Part shown: piece after piece, positions 18,394 through 29,462 of the stretch
Position numbering within the stretch: the first letter of the stretch is position 1
How the letters are laid out: every line of letters starts with the position of its first letter
NCBI GenBank assembly: GCA_041910365.1
Contig: JAYRQY010000108.1
Span: 1,799 to 65,798 of the forward strand
Origin: Anaerolineaceae bacterium
GTDB lineage: Bacteria; Chloroflexota; Anaerolineae; Anaerolineales; Anaerolineaceae
Length of the DNA: 64,000 nucleotides
Direction of reading: 5' to 3'
Position numbers and translations under genes: made by a program
Notes under the pieces: model-generated
The model's input: the letters and a program-made list of their open reading frames with translations, nothing else
Database searches by the model: none
Told to the model about the DNA's origin: nothing

Positions 18394-20295
18394 TTAATAT
18401 GTGGGTCTGATCATCACTTTGTCCAGTTTCCCCCTGGTCACGGTCAATTGCAGGATCTGGCTGCTCAATTCGGTCTTGACTTCGGTGCTCAATTCCGGGT
18501 CTTCCTGCAAGAATCTAAGCTGGCTTAACGCGGCGTTAATGTTGATCAGGCGCAAATTCACCAGTACCCGCAGCAGGTCTTGCTGCATCTTTGCCGGGTT
18601 GGAACGTGTAAATGAATCGCCAGCCATCAAGCCCTGAAAACGCTCTTCCAGTTCAGGCGCGAGGTGTGTCTTGATATACGGCATCACATCCTGCTCATCC
18701 TGTTCGAGCCCTGCCAACAGAAGCCGGGAGATGGTCTGGTTCTCCACAGAAACAAAATCGTTCTGGGTAAATTTTTCAAGGCTGTACTTTTTCAGCTCAC
18801 GCTCCAGTTCATAGACTGCCTCAGGGCGGAAGAGTAAAAGCGCCATGCAGTGTGCTTCAAGGCTCTCAACCCGCTGGTCAACCCCTTTTTCCGTCCTGGC
18901 GGGGGGAGCAAGGCGCGCCGGGTCAGCCACGCGCTCAGTGCGCCGGCGGCTGCGCTCCACAACTTTCTGGCTGCCGAGGAGTGTCTGTTCGTCCACCTTC
19001 AACATTCGCGCCAATTGCTGGCGATACGTATCGCGCTCTATTGCCGAAGGGACGTCTTCGATCAGCGGCGTCACCTGGGCGGCAATGGCAGTTTTCACCT
19101 TGGCATCGTTGAGGTCCTGGTTTTTGGCAAGGGTCTCCATCACGTGCACCACGATCGGTTTTGCCGAAGCCACAATTTGCTGCCATTCCTGCGGGTCACG
19201 CAGTACCACCTCATCGGGGTCCATACCCGGCGGCAGCGTGGTCACGCGCACGTCTGCCTGCAAGCGGGCTTCGTGGCGCAGCAAGCCGTGGGCATCAAAT
19301 GCCAGCTCGGTTTCATGCGCCAGGGCATTGCGTGCCAGATCCAGCCCGCGCAGGGTGGCTTTTTCACCAGCGGCGTCAGCATCCAACGCCAGGATGATAC
19401 GATGCGAAAGTTTATTCAGCAGGCGAAGCTGGTCTTCATTTAATGCTGTTCCCATGGGGGATACCACGTTGGCAAATCCCGCCTGGTGCAGCAGGATCAC
19501 ATCCAGGTAACCCTCCACGATGACCACCTGGTTCTGCTCGCGGATGGCTTTGCGCGCCAGGTTCAAGCCATACAACAGGTGGCTCTTGTCAAACAGCGCG
19601 GTTTGCGGCGAATTGAGGAATTTCGGCACATCGTTGGGGTCCAGGATGCGTGCGCCAAAGCCGCACATCTTGCCGGCAGCATCGCGGATGGGGAACATCA
19701 CGCGGTTGCGGAATTTATCATATAATCCGCCGTCATCGCGCTTGTTCACAAGTCCCACATCCGCCAGGTCTTCTGTTCCCCAGCCATGTGCGCGGAAATG
19801 TTCAAGTGCGGTTTCATAGCCCGGCGGGGCATAGCCCAGCCCAAACGCCTGGATGGTTTCGCGTTTCAAACCACGTGCGGTCAAAAAGTCCAGTGCCGGT
19901 TTGCCCGCCGGGGTCTCCAACAGGTGATACTGATACAACTTGACCGCGCTTTCCAATAATTCACGCAGGCGGTCATACTGGTCTTCTTCGGCTTTCTTTT
20001 CCGGGGTCAGCGGTTCCAGCACCACGCCGGCACGCTCAGCCAGGTAGCGCAGCGCTTCGGCGAAGTCCCAGCCCTCTTTCTTCATCACGTACTTGAAGAT
20101 ATCCCCGCCCTCGTTGCATTGACCAAAACAACGCCAGGTTCCAGAATCCGGGAAGACGGCAAACGCCGGGGTCTTGGTATTGGAATGGAACGGGCAAAAG
20201 CCGGTATAGCTCTTGCCGGAACGGCGCAGTTTCACCGTCTCAGAAACGAGGTCAACAATATCCAGCCTGGCTTTGATATCATCTATCGCGGTCAT
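18394..20295 (-). CDS. dnaG: DNA primase
   Basis: Zinc-finger CPFHSNTKTPAF...C, a TOPRIM region (VIVEGYLDV, ALDADAAG), and a C-terminal helicase-interaction region. Confidence 0.93.
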   Translation of the reverse strand: MTAIDDIKARLDIVDLVSETVKLRRSGKSYTGFCPFHSNTKTPAFAVFPDSGTWRCFGQCNEGGDIFKYVMKKEGWDFAEALRYLAERAGVVLEPLTPEKKAEEDQYDRLRELLESAVKLYQYHLLETPAGKPALDFLTARGLKRETIQAFGLGYAPPGYETALEHFRAHGWGTEDLADVGLVNKRDDGGLYDKFRNRVMFPIRDAAGKMCGFGARILDPNDVPKFLNSPQTALFDKSHLLYGLNLARKAIREQNQVVIVEGYLDVILLHQAGFANVVSPMGTALNEDQLRLLNKLSHRIILALDADAAGEKATLRGLDLARNALAHETELAFDAHGLLRHEARLQADVRVTTLPPGMDPDEVVLRDPQEWQQIVASAKPIVVHVMETLAKNQDLNDAKVKTAIAAQVTPLIEDVPSAIERDTYRQQLARMLKVDEQTLLGSQKVVERSRRRTERVADPARLAPPARTEKGVDQRVESLEAHCMALLLFRPEAVYELERELKKYSLEKFTQNDFVSVENQTISRLLLAGLEQDEQDVMPYIKTHLAPELEERFQGLMAGDSFTRSNPAKMQQDLLRVLVNLRLININAALSQLRFLQEDPELSTEVKTELSSQILQLTVTRGKLDKVMIRPTY

Positions 20296-20331
20296 GGGTT
20301 GGTGTTATTGTATCCTTATTTTTAGAATCGC

Positions 20332-23328
20332 CTAGAATCCTTCCAGGCAGGAGAGGTCCACAATTCCTTTGGCGAGGCCAGCGATGTGCTGCAATAGCCC
20401 GAGGCGGTTGCTGCGCAGGCGGGCGTCTTCTGCCATCACCAGCACATCATCAAAAAAGCGGTTCACCTGCGGGATGAGCGGAACAAAGGCATTGAACAAA
20501 TCGTCCACGCTCCCCTGCCGCCGGGAAGACTTTTCGATGGCCTGCAGCGACTGGGAGAGGTCTTTTTCAGAGGGTTCCACCAACGCGGTTGGGTCCACGG
20601 TAAAGTGTTGCTTCTGGTCGCGGGTGATGCGCACGCAGCGTGAAAACGCCGGCAGGATGGTTACCCAATCACCCCGAGCGATCCAGGCGGATAGTTCCTT
20701 GACCGCACGGTAGACCCCTGCGGGGTTGTGCCCCTGCTCCGCCAGCACAGCATCCACCACATCATACCGGTAGCCCTGGTCGGTCAGGCTGCTCTTGAGA
20801 CGTCCGATGATGAACTCCAGCGTGGCATCCAGGCTCTTTTGATCGATGGCAAATGTGTATTGGGCGGCTGCTTTTTTCAATGCGTCGCGCAGGTCGATAT
20901 CGAGATCGAATGCGCCCAGGCTCTGAACCAAGCCGAGGGCCGCCCGGCGCTGGGCAAACGGGTCCTTGGTGCCGGTGGGAGCCAGCCCCGCGGCGAACAG
21001 TCCGGTGAGTGAATCCAGCCGGTCAGCCAAGCCAAGCGCCAGCCCGATCTTGTTCGAAGGCAGGGCATCTCCGGCGAAACGCGGCAGGTACTGGTCATAG
21101 AGCGCCTGGGCTACTGCCTCAGGTTCGCCAAAATAGCGCGCATAATACCGCCCCATCACCCCCTGCAGGGAGGTCATTTCCACCACCATGTGGGTCACCA
21201 GGTCAGCCTTGGATAACGTGGCGGCACGTTTTGCAGTCTTAAGGTCGTCTCCGGACAATCCAAAACCTGGAGCGAGCGCTTCCACCAGGGCGGTGATGCG
21301 CTGGCTTTTTTCCAGCATCGAGCCTAATTTCTGCTGGAAGGTGAGCGTGCCCAGGCGGGTGAGCATGGATTCAAGCGGATGCTTGAGGTCTTCACGGATG
21401 AAGAAGTTGGCGTCGGCAAACCGCGCGCGCACCACCTGTTCGTTTCCGTCCGTCACCAGGTCAATGCCCTGCTCGCCGCCGTTGCGCACAGCAATGAAAT
21501 GCGGCAGCAGTTTACCATCAGCCGTTTGCACCGGGAAGTAACGCTGGTGTTTCTTCATCACTGAGATCAACACCTCGGGCGGTAATTGCAAATGAGATTC
21601 TTCAAAGGTTCCCAAAAAGGCAAACGGCGCTTCCACCAGCAAGGTCACCTCATCCAGCAATCCCTCATCCAGTTTTTCTGAACCTCCCACCTTTTTGCTG
21701 ATGGCGAGCACCTGCTGGCGGATGATCTCTTTGCGCTTCGCCGGGTCCAGGATGATCCCCTGGGCGGCAAGGGCTTTCTCGAGGTCAGCGGTGTTCTTCA
21801 CCGGCAGCACTTCAGGTTCCATAAAGCGCAGCCCATGCGTTTGGGCGTCAGCCCGCAGACCGGCGAACTCAAATGGGATCACGGTATCGCCCAACAAGGC
21901 CACCAGCCAGCGGACCGGGCGCGAGAAGGGGACATTGGTGAAGTTCCAGCGCATGGATTTATCGAACTTGATGCCGGCAGCCAGGGCGGGCAGGGCTTCG
22001 AGCAAGACCTCATAGGCACTGCGGGAGGCTTCCTGCACCAGCGCCACGATGTAAACCCCGCCATCGACCTCGCGCGCTTCCAGGTCAGCCACGGCAACGC
22101 CCTTGCCCTGGGCAAATCCCTCCAGTGCGCGGGTCGGTTGACCGGTTTCGTCATAGGCGCGACTCTTGGGCGGTCCCTTGACCACGGTGGTGCGCGTCTG
22201 CTGCTCTGATGCCAGTTCTGCTACGCGGACAACCAGGCGGCGCGGGGTGCCGATGACTTCAATTTCCCCATGCGCCAGGCGCAATTCATCCAGCATGGCG
22301 GGAACGCGCGTCTTCAACTGCTCAACCGCAGCAGTAAAGTCAGAACCGGGGAGTTCCTCGGTGCCGATCTCGAGAAGGAAAGGCGCAGCAGCTTTGGGCA
22401 GGGATGCAGGTCTGGCTGCTGCGGATGCAGACGCCGGCTTGGCGGTACCTTCTGCAATCAAGGGATATTCCATTGCCCGGCGCTGTTCCACGTAAGCCTC
22501 TGAGGTGCGGCGGGCAAGTTCGCGCATGCGCCCGAATAATGCCTGGCGTTCGGTGACCCCTACAGCCCCGCGGGTATCGAGGATGTTAAAAGTATGCGAG
22601 CATTTGAGGATGTAATCATGCGCTGGCAACACTAACCCGTTGTTCAACGCAGATTCCGCTTCGGCTTCATACAACTTGTAGAGCTGGCGCATGCGGTCTA
22701 CATCGGCAATCTCAAAGTAATACTTGCTGTGTTCCACCTCGCCCTGGTAATTCACATCCCCATAGGTATGCTGCTGGTTCCAATGCATCTTGCGGAAGTG
22801 CGATACGCGCTGGAGCGGCATGGTGATGCGCTCAAGCCCGTAGGTGATCTCCACTGATACGGGGTCAAGCGTGAGCCCGCCAGCCTGCTGAAAGTAAGTG
22901 AACTGGGTAATCTCCTGTCCGTCCAGCCAGACCTCCCAGCCCAGACCCCAAGCACCCAGCGCGGGCTGCTGCCAGTTGTCTTCCACAAACCGGATGTCGT
23001 GCTCGCGTGCGTCGATTCCCAGCGCTTCTAGGGATTTCAGGTACAACCCCTGCGGGTTGCCCGGGTCGGGTTTGAGGATCACCTGGAACTGGTAATGCTG
23101 TTGAAAACGGTTGGGGTTCTCTCCATAACGCCCATCGTCCGGGCGGACAGAGGGCTCTACGTAGGCCACATTCCAGGGTTCCGGCCCGAGGACGCGCAGA
23201 AATGTTCCGGGATTCATGGTGCCTGCGCCGATCTGGCTGTAGTAGGGCTGCCAGATGAGGCATCCCTGGCTGGCCCAGTATTTTTGCAGGGTCATGATCA
23301 CAGATTGAAAATCAAGCGGTTCGGTCAT
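20332..23328 (-). CDS. glyQS: Glycine--tRNA ligase, fused alpha and beta subunits in one polypeptide
   Basis: The N-terminal third is GlyQ-like ([23 protein letters not shown]) and the remainder is GlyS-like. Start set at Met6 (MTEPLDF), preceded by GGAGGA. Confidence 0.92.
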   Translation of the reverse strand: MTEPLDFQSVIMTLQKYWASQGCLIWQPYYSQIGAGTMNPGTFLRVLGPEPWNVAYVEPSVRPDDGRYGENPNRFQQHYQFQVILKPDPGNPQGLYLKSLEALGIDAREHDIRFVEDNWQQPALGAWGLGWEVWLDGQEITQFTYFQQAGGLTLDPVSVEITYGLERITMPLQRVSHFRKMHWNQQHTYGDVNYQGEVEHSKYYFEIADVDRMRQLYKLYEAEAESALNNGLVLPAHDYILKCSHTFNILDTRGAVGVTERQALFGRMRELARRTSEAYVEQRRAMEYPLIAEGTAKPASASAAARPASLPKAAAPFLLEIGTEELPGSDFTAAVEQLKTRVPAMLDELRLAHGEIEVIGTPRRLVVRVAELASEQQTRTTVVKGPPKSRAYDETGQPTRALEGFAQGKGVAVADLEAREVDGGVYIVALVQEASRSAYEVLLEALPALAAGIKFDKSMRWNFTNVPFSRPVRWLVALLGDTVIPFEFAGLRADAQTHGLRFMEPEVLPVKNTADLEKALAAQGIILDPAKRKEIIRQQVLAISKKVGGSEKLDEGLLDEVTLLVEAPFAFLGTFEESHLQLPPEVLISVMKKHQRYFPVQTADGKLLPHFIAVRNGGEQGIDLVTDGNEQVVRARFADANFFIREDLKHPLESMLTRLGTLTFQQKLGSMLEKSQRITALVEALAPGFGLSGDDLKTAKRAATLSKADLVTHMVVEMTSLQGVMGRYYARYFGEPEAVAQALYDQYLPRFAGDALPSNKIGLALGLADRLDSLTGLFAAGLAPTGTKDPFAQRRAALGLVQSLGAFDLDIDLRDALKKAAAQYTFAIDQKSLDATLEFIIGRLKSSLTDQGYRYDVVDAVLAEQGHNPAGVYRAVKELSAWIARGDWVTILPAFSRCVRITRDQKQHFTVDPTALVEPSEKDLSQSLQAIEKSSRRQGSVDDLFNAFVPLIPQVNRFFDDVLVMAEDARLRSNRLGLLQHIAGLAKGIVDLSCLEGF

Positions 23329-23389
23329 ACATCCTCCGGGCATTGGAACGCGAAATGAAGTGCCCCTATTATAACCTTTGCCTTTTCGA

Positions 23390-24145
23390 TCACTGGATTT
23401 GTTTCAGAAATTCCGTTGCGTTCAACCCGCGTTCCAGAATATAGGTCAGGTAGTAATTGAGAATCGTCTCAACCTCCTGGCGCGTCTTCTCGCTGGGGTC
23501 GGCGCGCAAGGCTTCGGCATAACTGGAGCGTTGAAAATGGCGCAGGTAGCGCAGTGCATCCATGTTGATCAAACGTGAGCCGGGTGCGCGCGCTCCGCAG
23601 TTCGGGCACAGCACACCGCCCAGTTCCGCCGAAAAGAATTGATCCTCTGCCTTGATTTCCTTTTTGCATGAGGCGCACTCGAACAACAGCGGGCGGTAAC
23701 CAACGTTATCCAGGATGCGCATCTCATAATAATGGATGGGGACGAAGGAATCTTTTTCTTCCGCCAGGCGGGAGAGCGTGTTCACCGCCAGGTCGTACAA
23801 CTGCCAATTTTGCCCCTCTTCGTAAGTCAGGCGGTCCAGCAATTCGATCACATAGGCCACCCGGGCGGTGGCTTCCAGGTTCTCGCGCAGCGCCGTATAG
23901 GGCTCGATCACCTCTGCCTGTGTGACGATCCACATGTCGCGCCCTTTGGCCAGCATCAACTTGGAGCGCATGAATGGCTCCAGGTGTCCGGCTTTGCGCG
24001 ATTTCATCTTGCGCGCGCCTTTGGCGATTGCCCGCAGCTTGCCCTGCTCGCGGGTGAAGAGGCGCAAGATGCGGTCAGCCTCTCCCCAATCGGAGTGCTG
24101 CAGGATGAGCGCTTCCACACGAAGGGTGCGTTCCGGGCGTGCCAT
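23390..24145 (-). CDS. recO: DNA repair protein RecO
   Basis: OB-fold N-terminus and zinc motif CASC..CPNC. Typical RecO length. Confidence 0.88.
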   Translation of the reverse strand: MARPERTLRVEALILQHSDWGEADRILRLFTREQGKLRAIAKGARKMKSRKAGHLEPFMRSKLMLAKGRDMWIVTQAEVIEPYTALRENLEATARVAYVIELLDRLTYEEGQNWQLYDLAVNTLSRLAEEKDSFVPIHYYEMRILDNVGYRPLLFECASCKKEIKAEDQFFSAELGGVLCPNCGARAPGSRLINMDALRYLRHFQRSSYAEALRADPSEKTRQEVETILNYYLTYILERGLNATEFLKQIQ

Positions 24146-24151
24146 TGCGGC

Positions 24152-24556
24152 TCAGTTCAGATCGTTCGGGGAAAATGCGGAAGGCAGCAGCTTTTCCACG
24201 GTGGTTTGCAGGGTGATCCGGCCTTCGGCATCCACAAAATACAGCTGCGTCTGCAAGCCAAATTCCGCCAGCACCTGCCGGCACGAACCACAGGAAGCGC
24301 CGCCATTCTCGGTGGCAACCGCAAGGGCAGTGAACTCCCGTTCACCCTCGGAGACCGCCTTGAAAATCGCCACCCGTTCCGCGCACATGGTTGTAGGATA
24401 GGCGGCATTCTCAATGTTCACCCCCTCATAAACCTTGCCGGAAGCCGTGAGCAGCGCTGCGCCTACAGCATAATGTGAATACGGAGCGTACGCCCATTTC
24501 CGCATATTCAGCGCGGTTTCAATCAGCAGTTTTTCCTGGTCAGGGTTCAACGTCAT
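24152..24556 (-). CDS. cdd: Cytidine deaminase (tetrameric type)
   Basis: CAERVA and CGSCRQ zinc-ligand motifs. 134 aa. Confidence 0.9.
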   Translation of the reverse strand: MTLNPDQEKLLIETALNMRKWAYAPYSHYAVGAALLTASGKVYEGVNIENAAYPTTMCAERVAIFKAVSEGEREFTALAVATENGGASCGSCRQVLAEFGLQTQLYFVDAEGRITLQTTVEKLLPSAFSPNDLN

Positions 24557-25811
24557 CGTCTTGCTCCTTTTCCGACAGCGCAGCCTGTTTCTCGGCGCGG
24601 ATCTTGCCGATGCGCCGCCCCCGCACCTCTTCGATGGTCAGCAGCCAGTCTTCCACCTGGATGGTATCTCCTTCAAGGGGCACCCTGCCAAGGTCGGCGT
24701 AGAGGATACCGCCCAGCGTGTCCGTCTGTTCCGAGGTCACGGAAGTGCCCAGTGCATCATTGAAATCGTCCAATGAGATGCGCGCTTTAAAGACAAATTC
24801 ATCCTCACTGATCTTTTGCACCAGCAGCTCTTCCTTCTGGTCATATTCATCGCGGATCTCGCCGACGATCTCTTCCACGATATCCTCCAGTGTCACCAGC
24901 CCCGCCATGCCGCCATATTCATCCACCACGATGGCGATGTGTACCCCCTTGGCCTGCATTTCTGCAAGCAGGTCGTCCACCTTTTTTGTTTCGGGCACGT
25001 AATAAGCCGGGCGCAGGAACTTGCGCAGGCTGGGTTTCTCATCCGGCGAATTCTGCAGTTTAAGCAGGTCCTTGGCATAGAGCAGCCCAATGACGTTATC
25101 AATGGCATCATCGTAGACCGGAACACGCGAGTGCCCGGATTCCACCAGGGAGTTAATTGCCTGCGAGAGGGGAGTTTTCACCTCAAGCGCCAGAACGTCA
25201 ATCCGCGGCACCATGATCTCGCGGCAGAGGGTGTCGCCGAACTGGAAGATCGAATAGATCATGCGGCGTTCATCGGCTTCCAATCCGCCTTCCGGCTGCC
25301 CCACCTCCACCCAGGTCTTTAATTCATCTTCGCTGACGGAACCGAGCTGGCGCGGGGAGAGATCATCCGTCCCCTGCAGGCGCACGAGTGCCGTGCTCAC
25401 CGGGCTGAGAATCCAATCCAACACCCGGGCGATGGGGGTCAGCGCAAGCGCCCATTTTTCAGGGTTGCGCAAGGGCAAGCGCTCAAATGTAAACTCGAAT
25501 CCCAACAACACCAGCAGAACCAGGACAAACACCCCGATCCAGCCCGCCAGCGATAGTTGAACACCATTGATTAACAACGCCGAGGCAACCGCCCCCGCCA
25601 CGCAGAAGTGTGTCAACCCCACCAGCACGCGGATGGCGGCGCGCAAACGCGGTTTCTCGAGCAGCTCAATGGTTCTCTCCACCTTTTGTGGTTGTTCAGC
25701 GCCCAGGTCAACCAGTTGGGGCATGCGCACATTCAACAGCGCTACCCTGACAACCGAAATGAAGATATCCAGAACAAGGAACACAATACCCAGGCTGATG
25801 CTTATCCCCAT
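24540..25811 (-). CDS. CNNM/DUF21 - CBS pair - CorC_HlyC family membrane protein (CorC/YbeX-like)
   Basis: N-terminal TM DUF21 region, a CBS pair, and a C-terminal CorC_HlyC-like domain. Its 3' end overlaps the cdd start by 17 nt. Confidence 0.85.
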   Translation of the reverse strand: MGISISLGIVFLVLDIFISVVRVALLNVRMPQLVDLGAEQPQKVERTIELLEKPRLRAAIRVLVGLTHFCVAGAVASALLINGVQLSLAGWIGVFVLVLLVLLGFEFTFERLPLRNPEKWALALTPIARVLDWILSPVSTALVRLQGTDDLSPRQLGSVSEDELKTWVEVGQPEGGLEADERRMIYSIFQFGDTLCREIMVPRIDVLALEVKTPLSQAINSLVESGHSRVPVYDDAIDNVIGLLYAKDLLKLQNSPDEKPSLRKFLRPAYYVPETKKVDDLLAEMQAKGVHIAIVVDEYGGMAGLVTLEDIVEEIVGEIRDEYDQKEELLVQKISEDEFVFKARISLDDFNDALGTSVTSEQTDTLGGILYADLGRVPLEGDTIQVEDWLLTIEEVRGRRIGKIRAEKQAALSEKEQDDDVEP

Positions 25812-27152
25812 CTATTTTCCCCTCAGTTTCCTCGCCGGCACCCCCACCACCACCTCGCCATCCGGCACGTCATGCGTCACCACCGACCCTGCGCCTGTGT
25901 GCGCACCCTTGCCAATCTTCACCGGTGCCACCAGCATGGTGTCGGAGCCGATAAAGGCATCCGCCCCGATCTCGGTCGGATTCTTGCGCTCGCCATCAAA
26001 ATTGCAGGTGATCGTGCCCGCGCCGATGTTAACATTCTCCCCGATCTCGGCATTGCCTATATAGGAGAAATGCCCCATCTTGACGCCGGCAGAGAGGTGC
26101 GAGTCTTTCACCTCGCCGAAATTGCCCATGTGCACATGGCTGCCCAGGTGGGCGCCTTTGCGTAAATGGCAGAACGGACCCATTCCCACATGATCCTCAA
26201 CAATCGCTTCCTCAATCACAGAAGCCAGCAGTTTGCAGTCATCGCCAATTGTGGAGGAGTGGATGATGGTGTTTGGTCCAATTTCGCAGCGTTCGCCTAT
26301 GACGGTATGCCCGGTCAGGTGTGTGCCCGGCAGGATCAGTGTATCCTTGCCAATCTTCACCCCGGCTTCGATGTAGACCTGCGCGGGATCGCTCATGGTG
26401 ACGCCCGCCAGCATATGCTCCTGGTTGATTCGCCGGCGCATCACGGCTTCCGCTTCTGCCAGGTGAACCCGGTTGTTGATGCCCAGCGCTTCGTCCTTGT
26501 CAGTCAGCTCGATCGTGCGTACCTGTTGGCGTCCCAGTACCGCCGCGCCGACCAGGTCGGTCAAATAATATTCACCCTTCGGCGAAAGTTTGATGCGCCG
26601 GATGACATCCCATAACCAGGCAGATTTGAAACAGTAGGCACCGACATTGAGTTCATCAATCTTCAGTTCGGTTGCGCTGGCATGGGCTTCCTCAACGATC
26701 TCCCGCACTTCGCCATCCATGCCGCGTAAAATGCGCCCAAATCCATGGCTGTCGCTGGAGCGTACAGTTAGCATCGTGATGGGCGAATCCGTTTTCAACT
26801 GGTCTGCCACCATGCGCTTCATGGTATCCCTGGTTAGAAGCGGCATATCTGCCGCCACCACCAGGATCAACCCATTAAAACTTTTATAAGCGTTTTCTGC
26901 TGCCAGCACCGCATGGGCGGTTCCAAGGCGTTTTTCCTGCACGGCAAACTTTGCGCGATCCCCCACCACTTCTCGAACCTTATCGGCGCCATTACCGACC
27001 ACAACCACCGGCTTCTCAGATCCCACGGCTTCGGCGGTTTCAACTGCATACATGATGAGCGGTTTTCCATTGAGGGGATGCAGCACTTTCGGAAGGTCCG
27101 AGACCATTCGCGTTCCCTGGCCTGCAGCTAAGATAATAGTTGATATTTTCAT
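25812..27152 (-). CDS. glmU: Bifunctional UDP-N-acetylglucosamine pyrophosphorylase / glucosamine-1-phosphate N-acetyltransferase
   Basis: LAAGQGTRM nucleotidyltransferase motif and C-terminal left-handed beta-helix hexapeptide repeats. Confidence 0.92.
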   Translation of the reverse strand: MKISTIILAAGQGTRMVSDLPKVLHPLNGKPLIMYAVETAEAVGSEKPVVVVGNGADKVREVVGDRAKFAVQEKRLGTAHAVLAAENAYKSFNGLILVVAADMPLLTRDTMKRMVADQLKTDSPITMLTVRSSDSHGFGRILRGMDGEVREIVEEAHASATELKIDELNVGAYCFKSAWLWDVIRRIKLSPKGEYYLTDLVGAAVLGRQQVRTIELTDKDEALGINNRVHLAEAEAVMRRRINQEHMLAGVTMSDPAQVYIEAGVKIGKDTLILPGTHLTGHTVIGERCEIGPNTIIHSSTIGDDCKLLASVIEEAIVEDHVGMGPFCHLRKGAHLGSHVHMGNFGEVKDSHLSAGVKMGHFSYIGNAEIGENVNIGAGTITCNFDGERKNPTEIGADAFIGSDTMLVAPVKIGKGAHTGAGSVVTHDVPDGEVVVGVPARKLRGK

Positions 27153-27260
27153 TTCAAAATCCTCATTTATTTATTATCGCTTAAAACAATGCGAGCGCTC
27201 AATGCCTTTTCAGCCTGATCGCCCGTCATCTTTTCCTATTTACTTTCAATATCTATCAGG

Positions 27261-27331
27261 CTGGGGCACCTGGATTCGAACCAAGATCCACAGATCCAAA
27301 GTCTGGTGTGCTGCCATTGCACCATGCCCCA
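27261..27331 (-). tRNA. tRNA-Gln (anticodon TTG), CCA not encoded
   Basis: Hand-folded cloverleaf. Acceptor TGGGGCA/TGCCCCA, discriminator G, anticodon loop CTTTGGA, T arm CTTGG-TTCGAAT-CCAGG. Confidence 0.85.
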
Positions 27332-27363
27332 AGGAGATTCACCGGTGGGTACGATTTTAACAC

Positions 27364-27394
27364 AAAAAAACCGGCTGTGCGTTTTTTGCAGCCG
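27364..27394 (-). terminator. Rho-independent terminator after the 27397-29361 binding-protein gene
   Basis: Minus strand reads CGGCTG-loop-CAGCCG followed by GTTTTTTT, 3 nt after the stop. Confidence 0.7.
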
Positions 27395-27396
27395 CA

Positions 27397-29361
27397 TCAG
27401 GGGCAGGTGCCGGTGGAAGAGAGGTTGAACATCTCCAGGGACTTGATCCCGCTGCGCGCGCTCACATCCAGGGAAACGCCGCACAGGTCAGGGCGGGCAG
27501 CCATCACCTTGAGATGATAGAACAGCGGTATCACGGGCAGGTCATCGTTGAAGATATGCTGCGTAAGCGTGTTTTCCGTGTCAAACGCCGTGCTGTTCAA
27601 ACCGGCAGCAAGCTGGCTGCTGCAGGCGGCATCATAATCATCATTGGAATAACCGGTGAGGTTGACACCGCCGTACTTGGTGCCCACCCAGCTATTCTGT
27701 ACAGTTGGGATTTCACTGCGGGCATAAAGGAAACACGGCGGCTGCCGCCCGGTGGACCAGGCCAGTTCAGCCAGGTCAAAAGCCCTGCCAAATACCACAC
27801 CATCCGGTCCGGAAGCAAACATCTCCGTTACCCCCAGGTTGACCACGTTAACTTCCACACCGCACTCCGCCAGCGAAGCCTTCACGATCGCCGATACGCT
27901 ATCATGCAGAGCGCTCTGGGTGACGTTGTAGGTGACGGAGAGCCTGGTGCCATTCACGATGCCGCTGATTCCCCTGGAAACGCGCGGGGTGGCGGGGTCA
28001 TTATCATCATCGATCCAGCCGACCTGCTCTAGCAGTGCACTGCCCTGCGCCGCGTCATGAGGCAGGAGGGTCAACTCTCCCGCTAAATATGGATGGGACG
28101 GGGGAAGGTAACTGCCGGGTATTTGCGACTGGCTGTACAGCACGTCCTTGATAATCTTGTCCCGGTCAACGCAATAGGCAAAAGCCTGCCTGGTGCGCAG
28201 GTCACCGAAGAAGTCCGCGCGGTCAAGGTACGGGTTATACACATCATCGTACGCCGCCGGCTTGATGCCAAAATTGATCAACTCCCATTCAGGACCCTGC
28301 CCAAAATACAGCCGGGTTTCGCCGGCATTTTCCAGCTCCCGCAAGGGCTGGATCTGCGTCTCGAGACCGGTCGAGGTTTCCATGATGTCACATTCGCCGG
28401 TGACCAGGGGCGATAGATCCGTTTCCGCCAACCCCGGGGTAAAACGATACACCAGGACATCAAAATATGGCAGCGCTTCACTGCTGCGGAAGTAATGCTC
28501 ATTCTTCACCAGCCGGATGTGGTCGCCGGCAGTCCACTCGTCAATCACATAAGGTCCCCACCCCAACGGGGATCGGTTGGTCTCATCGGCATCGTTCAAC
28601 TGCGCTGCGCTCAGGCTATTCAGCACATGCTCAGGTAGTGGGATCCAGAAGAAAGCCGAGGGGTTTAAGGTGAGGTATCCCGGAATGCCAGTCCACTGAA
28701 CCGTCTGTTCATCTACTGCGGTATATGCCGCCGTGCGTTTGACCAGGGTTTTTGAGATATCCGTTGCCGGATCTGCGGCAATGGTGTACGAATAAACTGA
28801 ATCAGCGGCAGTTAATGCTTCGCCGTCTGACCAGGCGATGCCCGGCTTGATCTTGAAGGTCGCCGACATCTGCACAAGGTTCAGGCTTGAGGTTCCATCC
28901 CACTCTTGTGCGCAATCCAGCGAGGAGCAGCCTTCGGGGAAGACTCTGACGCCCTTCGCCAGCGCAACCAGGTCACCTTCCACGTTGGCAACCACATCCC
29001 CGGGCAACACAGCGATCGAAGCGAGGGTGATGCCGCCATTTTCCAAAGTCGGCAGCGGCTCTAAAATTACCGGCTCAGCCTGAAAATTGGCGGTGTCAAT
29101 CGGTCCGTCGTAGAGCGCTTCCAGCACACTCCACATTGCCCGCGAGGATTCCTTGTACAAATACAACGAGGAGGGCTCTTCTCCGAGGCACACGATCAAT
29201 GTCTTTGGAGGAACCTGGGTAGCCGTTGGTTGTGCCTCAGTCGGTTCGCCGGTTCCCGCATCGGTTGCGGTTGCCGGGGTCTTCCCGCAGGCAGCCATGG
29301 AAAATCCAAAGATCATCACGCAACCCAATATGGGATAAAGTTTTTTGGCAGAAAAGGTCAT
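27397..29361 (-). CDS. ABC transporter substrate-binding lipoprotein, family 5 (peptide/nickel type), 654 aa
   Basis: Lipobox FSMAACG. SBP_bac_5-like sequence throughout. Confidence 0.85.
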   Translation of the reverse strand: MTFSAKKLYPILGCVMIFGFSMAACGKTPATATDAGTGEPTEAQPTATQVPPKTLIVCLGEEPSSLYLYKESSRAMWSVLEALYDGPIDTANFQAEPVILEPLPTLENGGITLASIAVLPGDVVANVEGDLVALAKGVRVFPEGCSSLDCAQEWDGTSSLNLVQMSATFKIKPGIAWSDGEALTAADSVYSYTIAADPATDISKTLVKRTAAYTAVDEQTVQWTGIPGYLTLNPSAFFWIPLPEHVLNSLSAAQLNDADETNRSPLGWGPYVIDEWTAGDHIRLVKNEHYFRSSEALPYFDVLVYRFTPGLAETDLSPLVTGECDIMETSTGLETQIQPLRELENAGETRLYFGQGPEWELINFGIKPAAYDDVYNPYLDRADFFGDLRTRQAFAYCVDRDKIIKDVLYSQSQIPGSYLPPSHPYLAGELTLLPHDAAQGSALLEQVGWIDDDNDPATPRVSRGISGIVNGTRLSVTYNVTQSALHDSVSAIVKASLAECGVEVNVVNLGVTEMFASGPDGVVFGRAFDLAELAWSTGRQPPCFLYARSEIPTVQNSWVGTKYGGVNLTGYSNDDYDAACSSQLAAGLNSTAFDTENTLTQHIFNDDLPVIPLFYHLKVMAARPDLCGVSLDVSARSGIKSLEMFNLSSTGTCP

Positions 29362-29410
29362 CGCAAGGTCCTTCCAATATTTCCATAATTATAAATCATT
29401 GCCATCAGGA

Positions 29411-29443
29411 CAAAAAAAGACCCCAAGCTTCGCTCAGGGTCTT
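29411..29443 (-). terminator. Intercistronic rho-independent terminator between the permease gene and the second binding-protein gene
   Basis: Minus strand reads AAGACCC-13 nt-GGGTCTT followed by T7. A TATAAT (plus coordinates 29388-29393) follows before the ATG at 29361. Confidence 0.65.
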
Positions 29444-29462
29444 AAGGCTGTCAATTGTAGAA

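Noticed and set aside
23329-23389. T-box leader upstream of glyQS
   Set aside because: The spacer is only about 60 nt, far too short for a T-box. No specifier or T-box sequence is visible.
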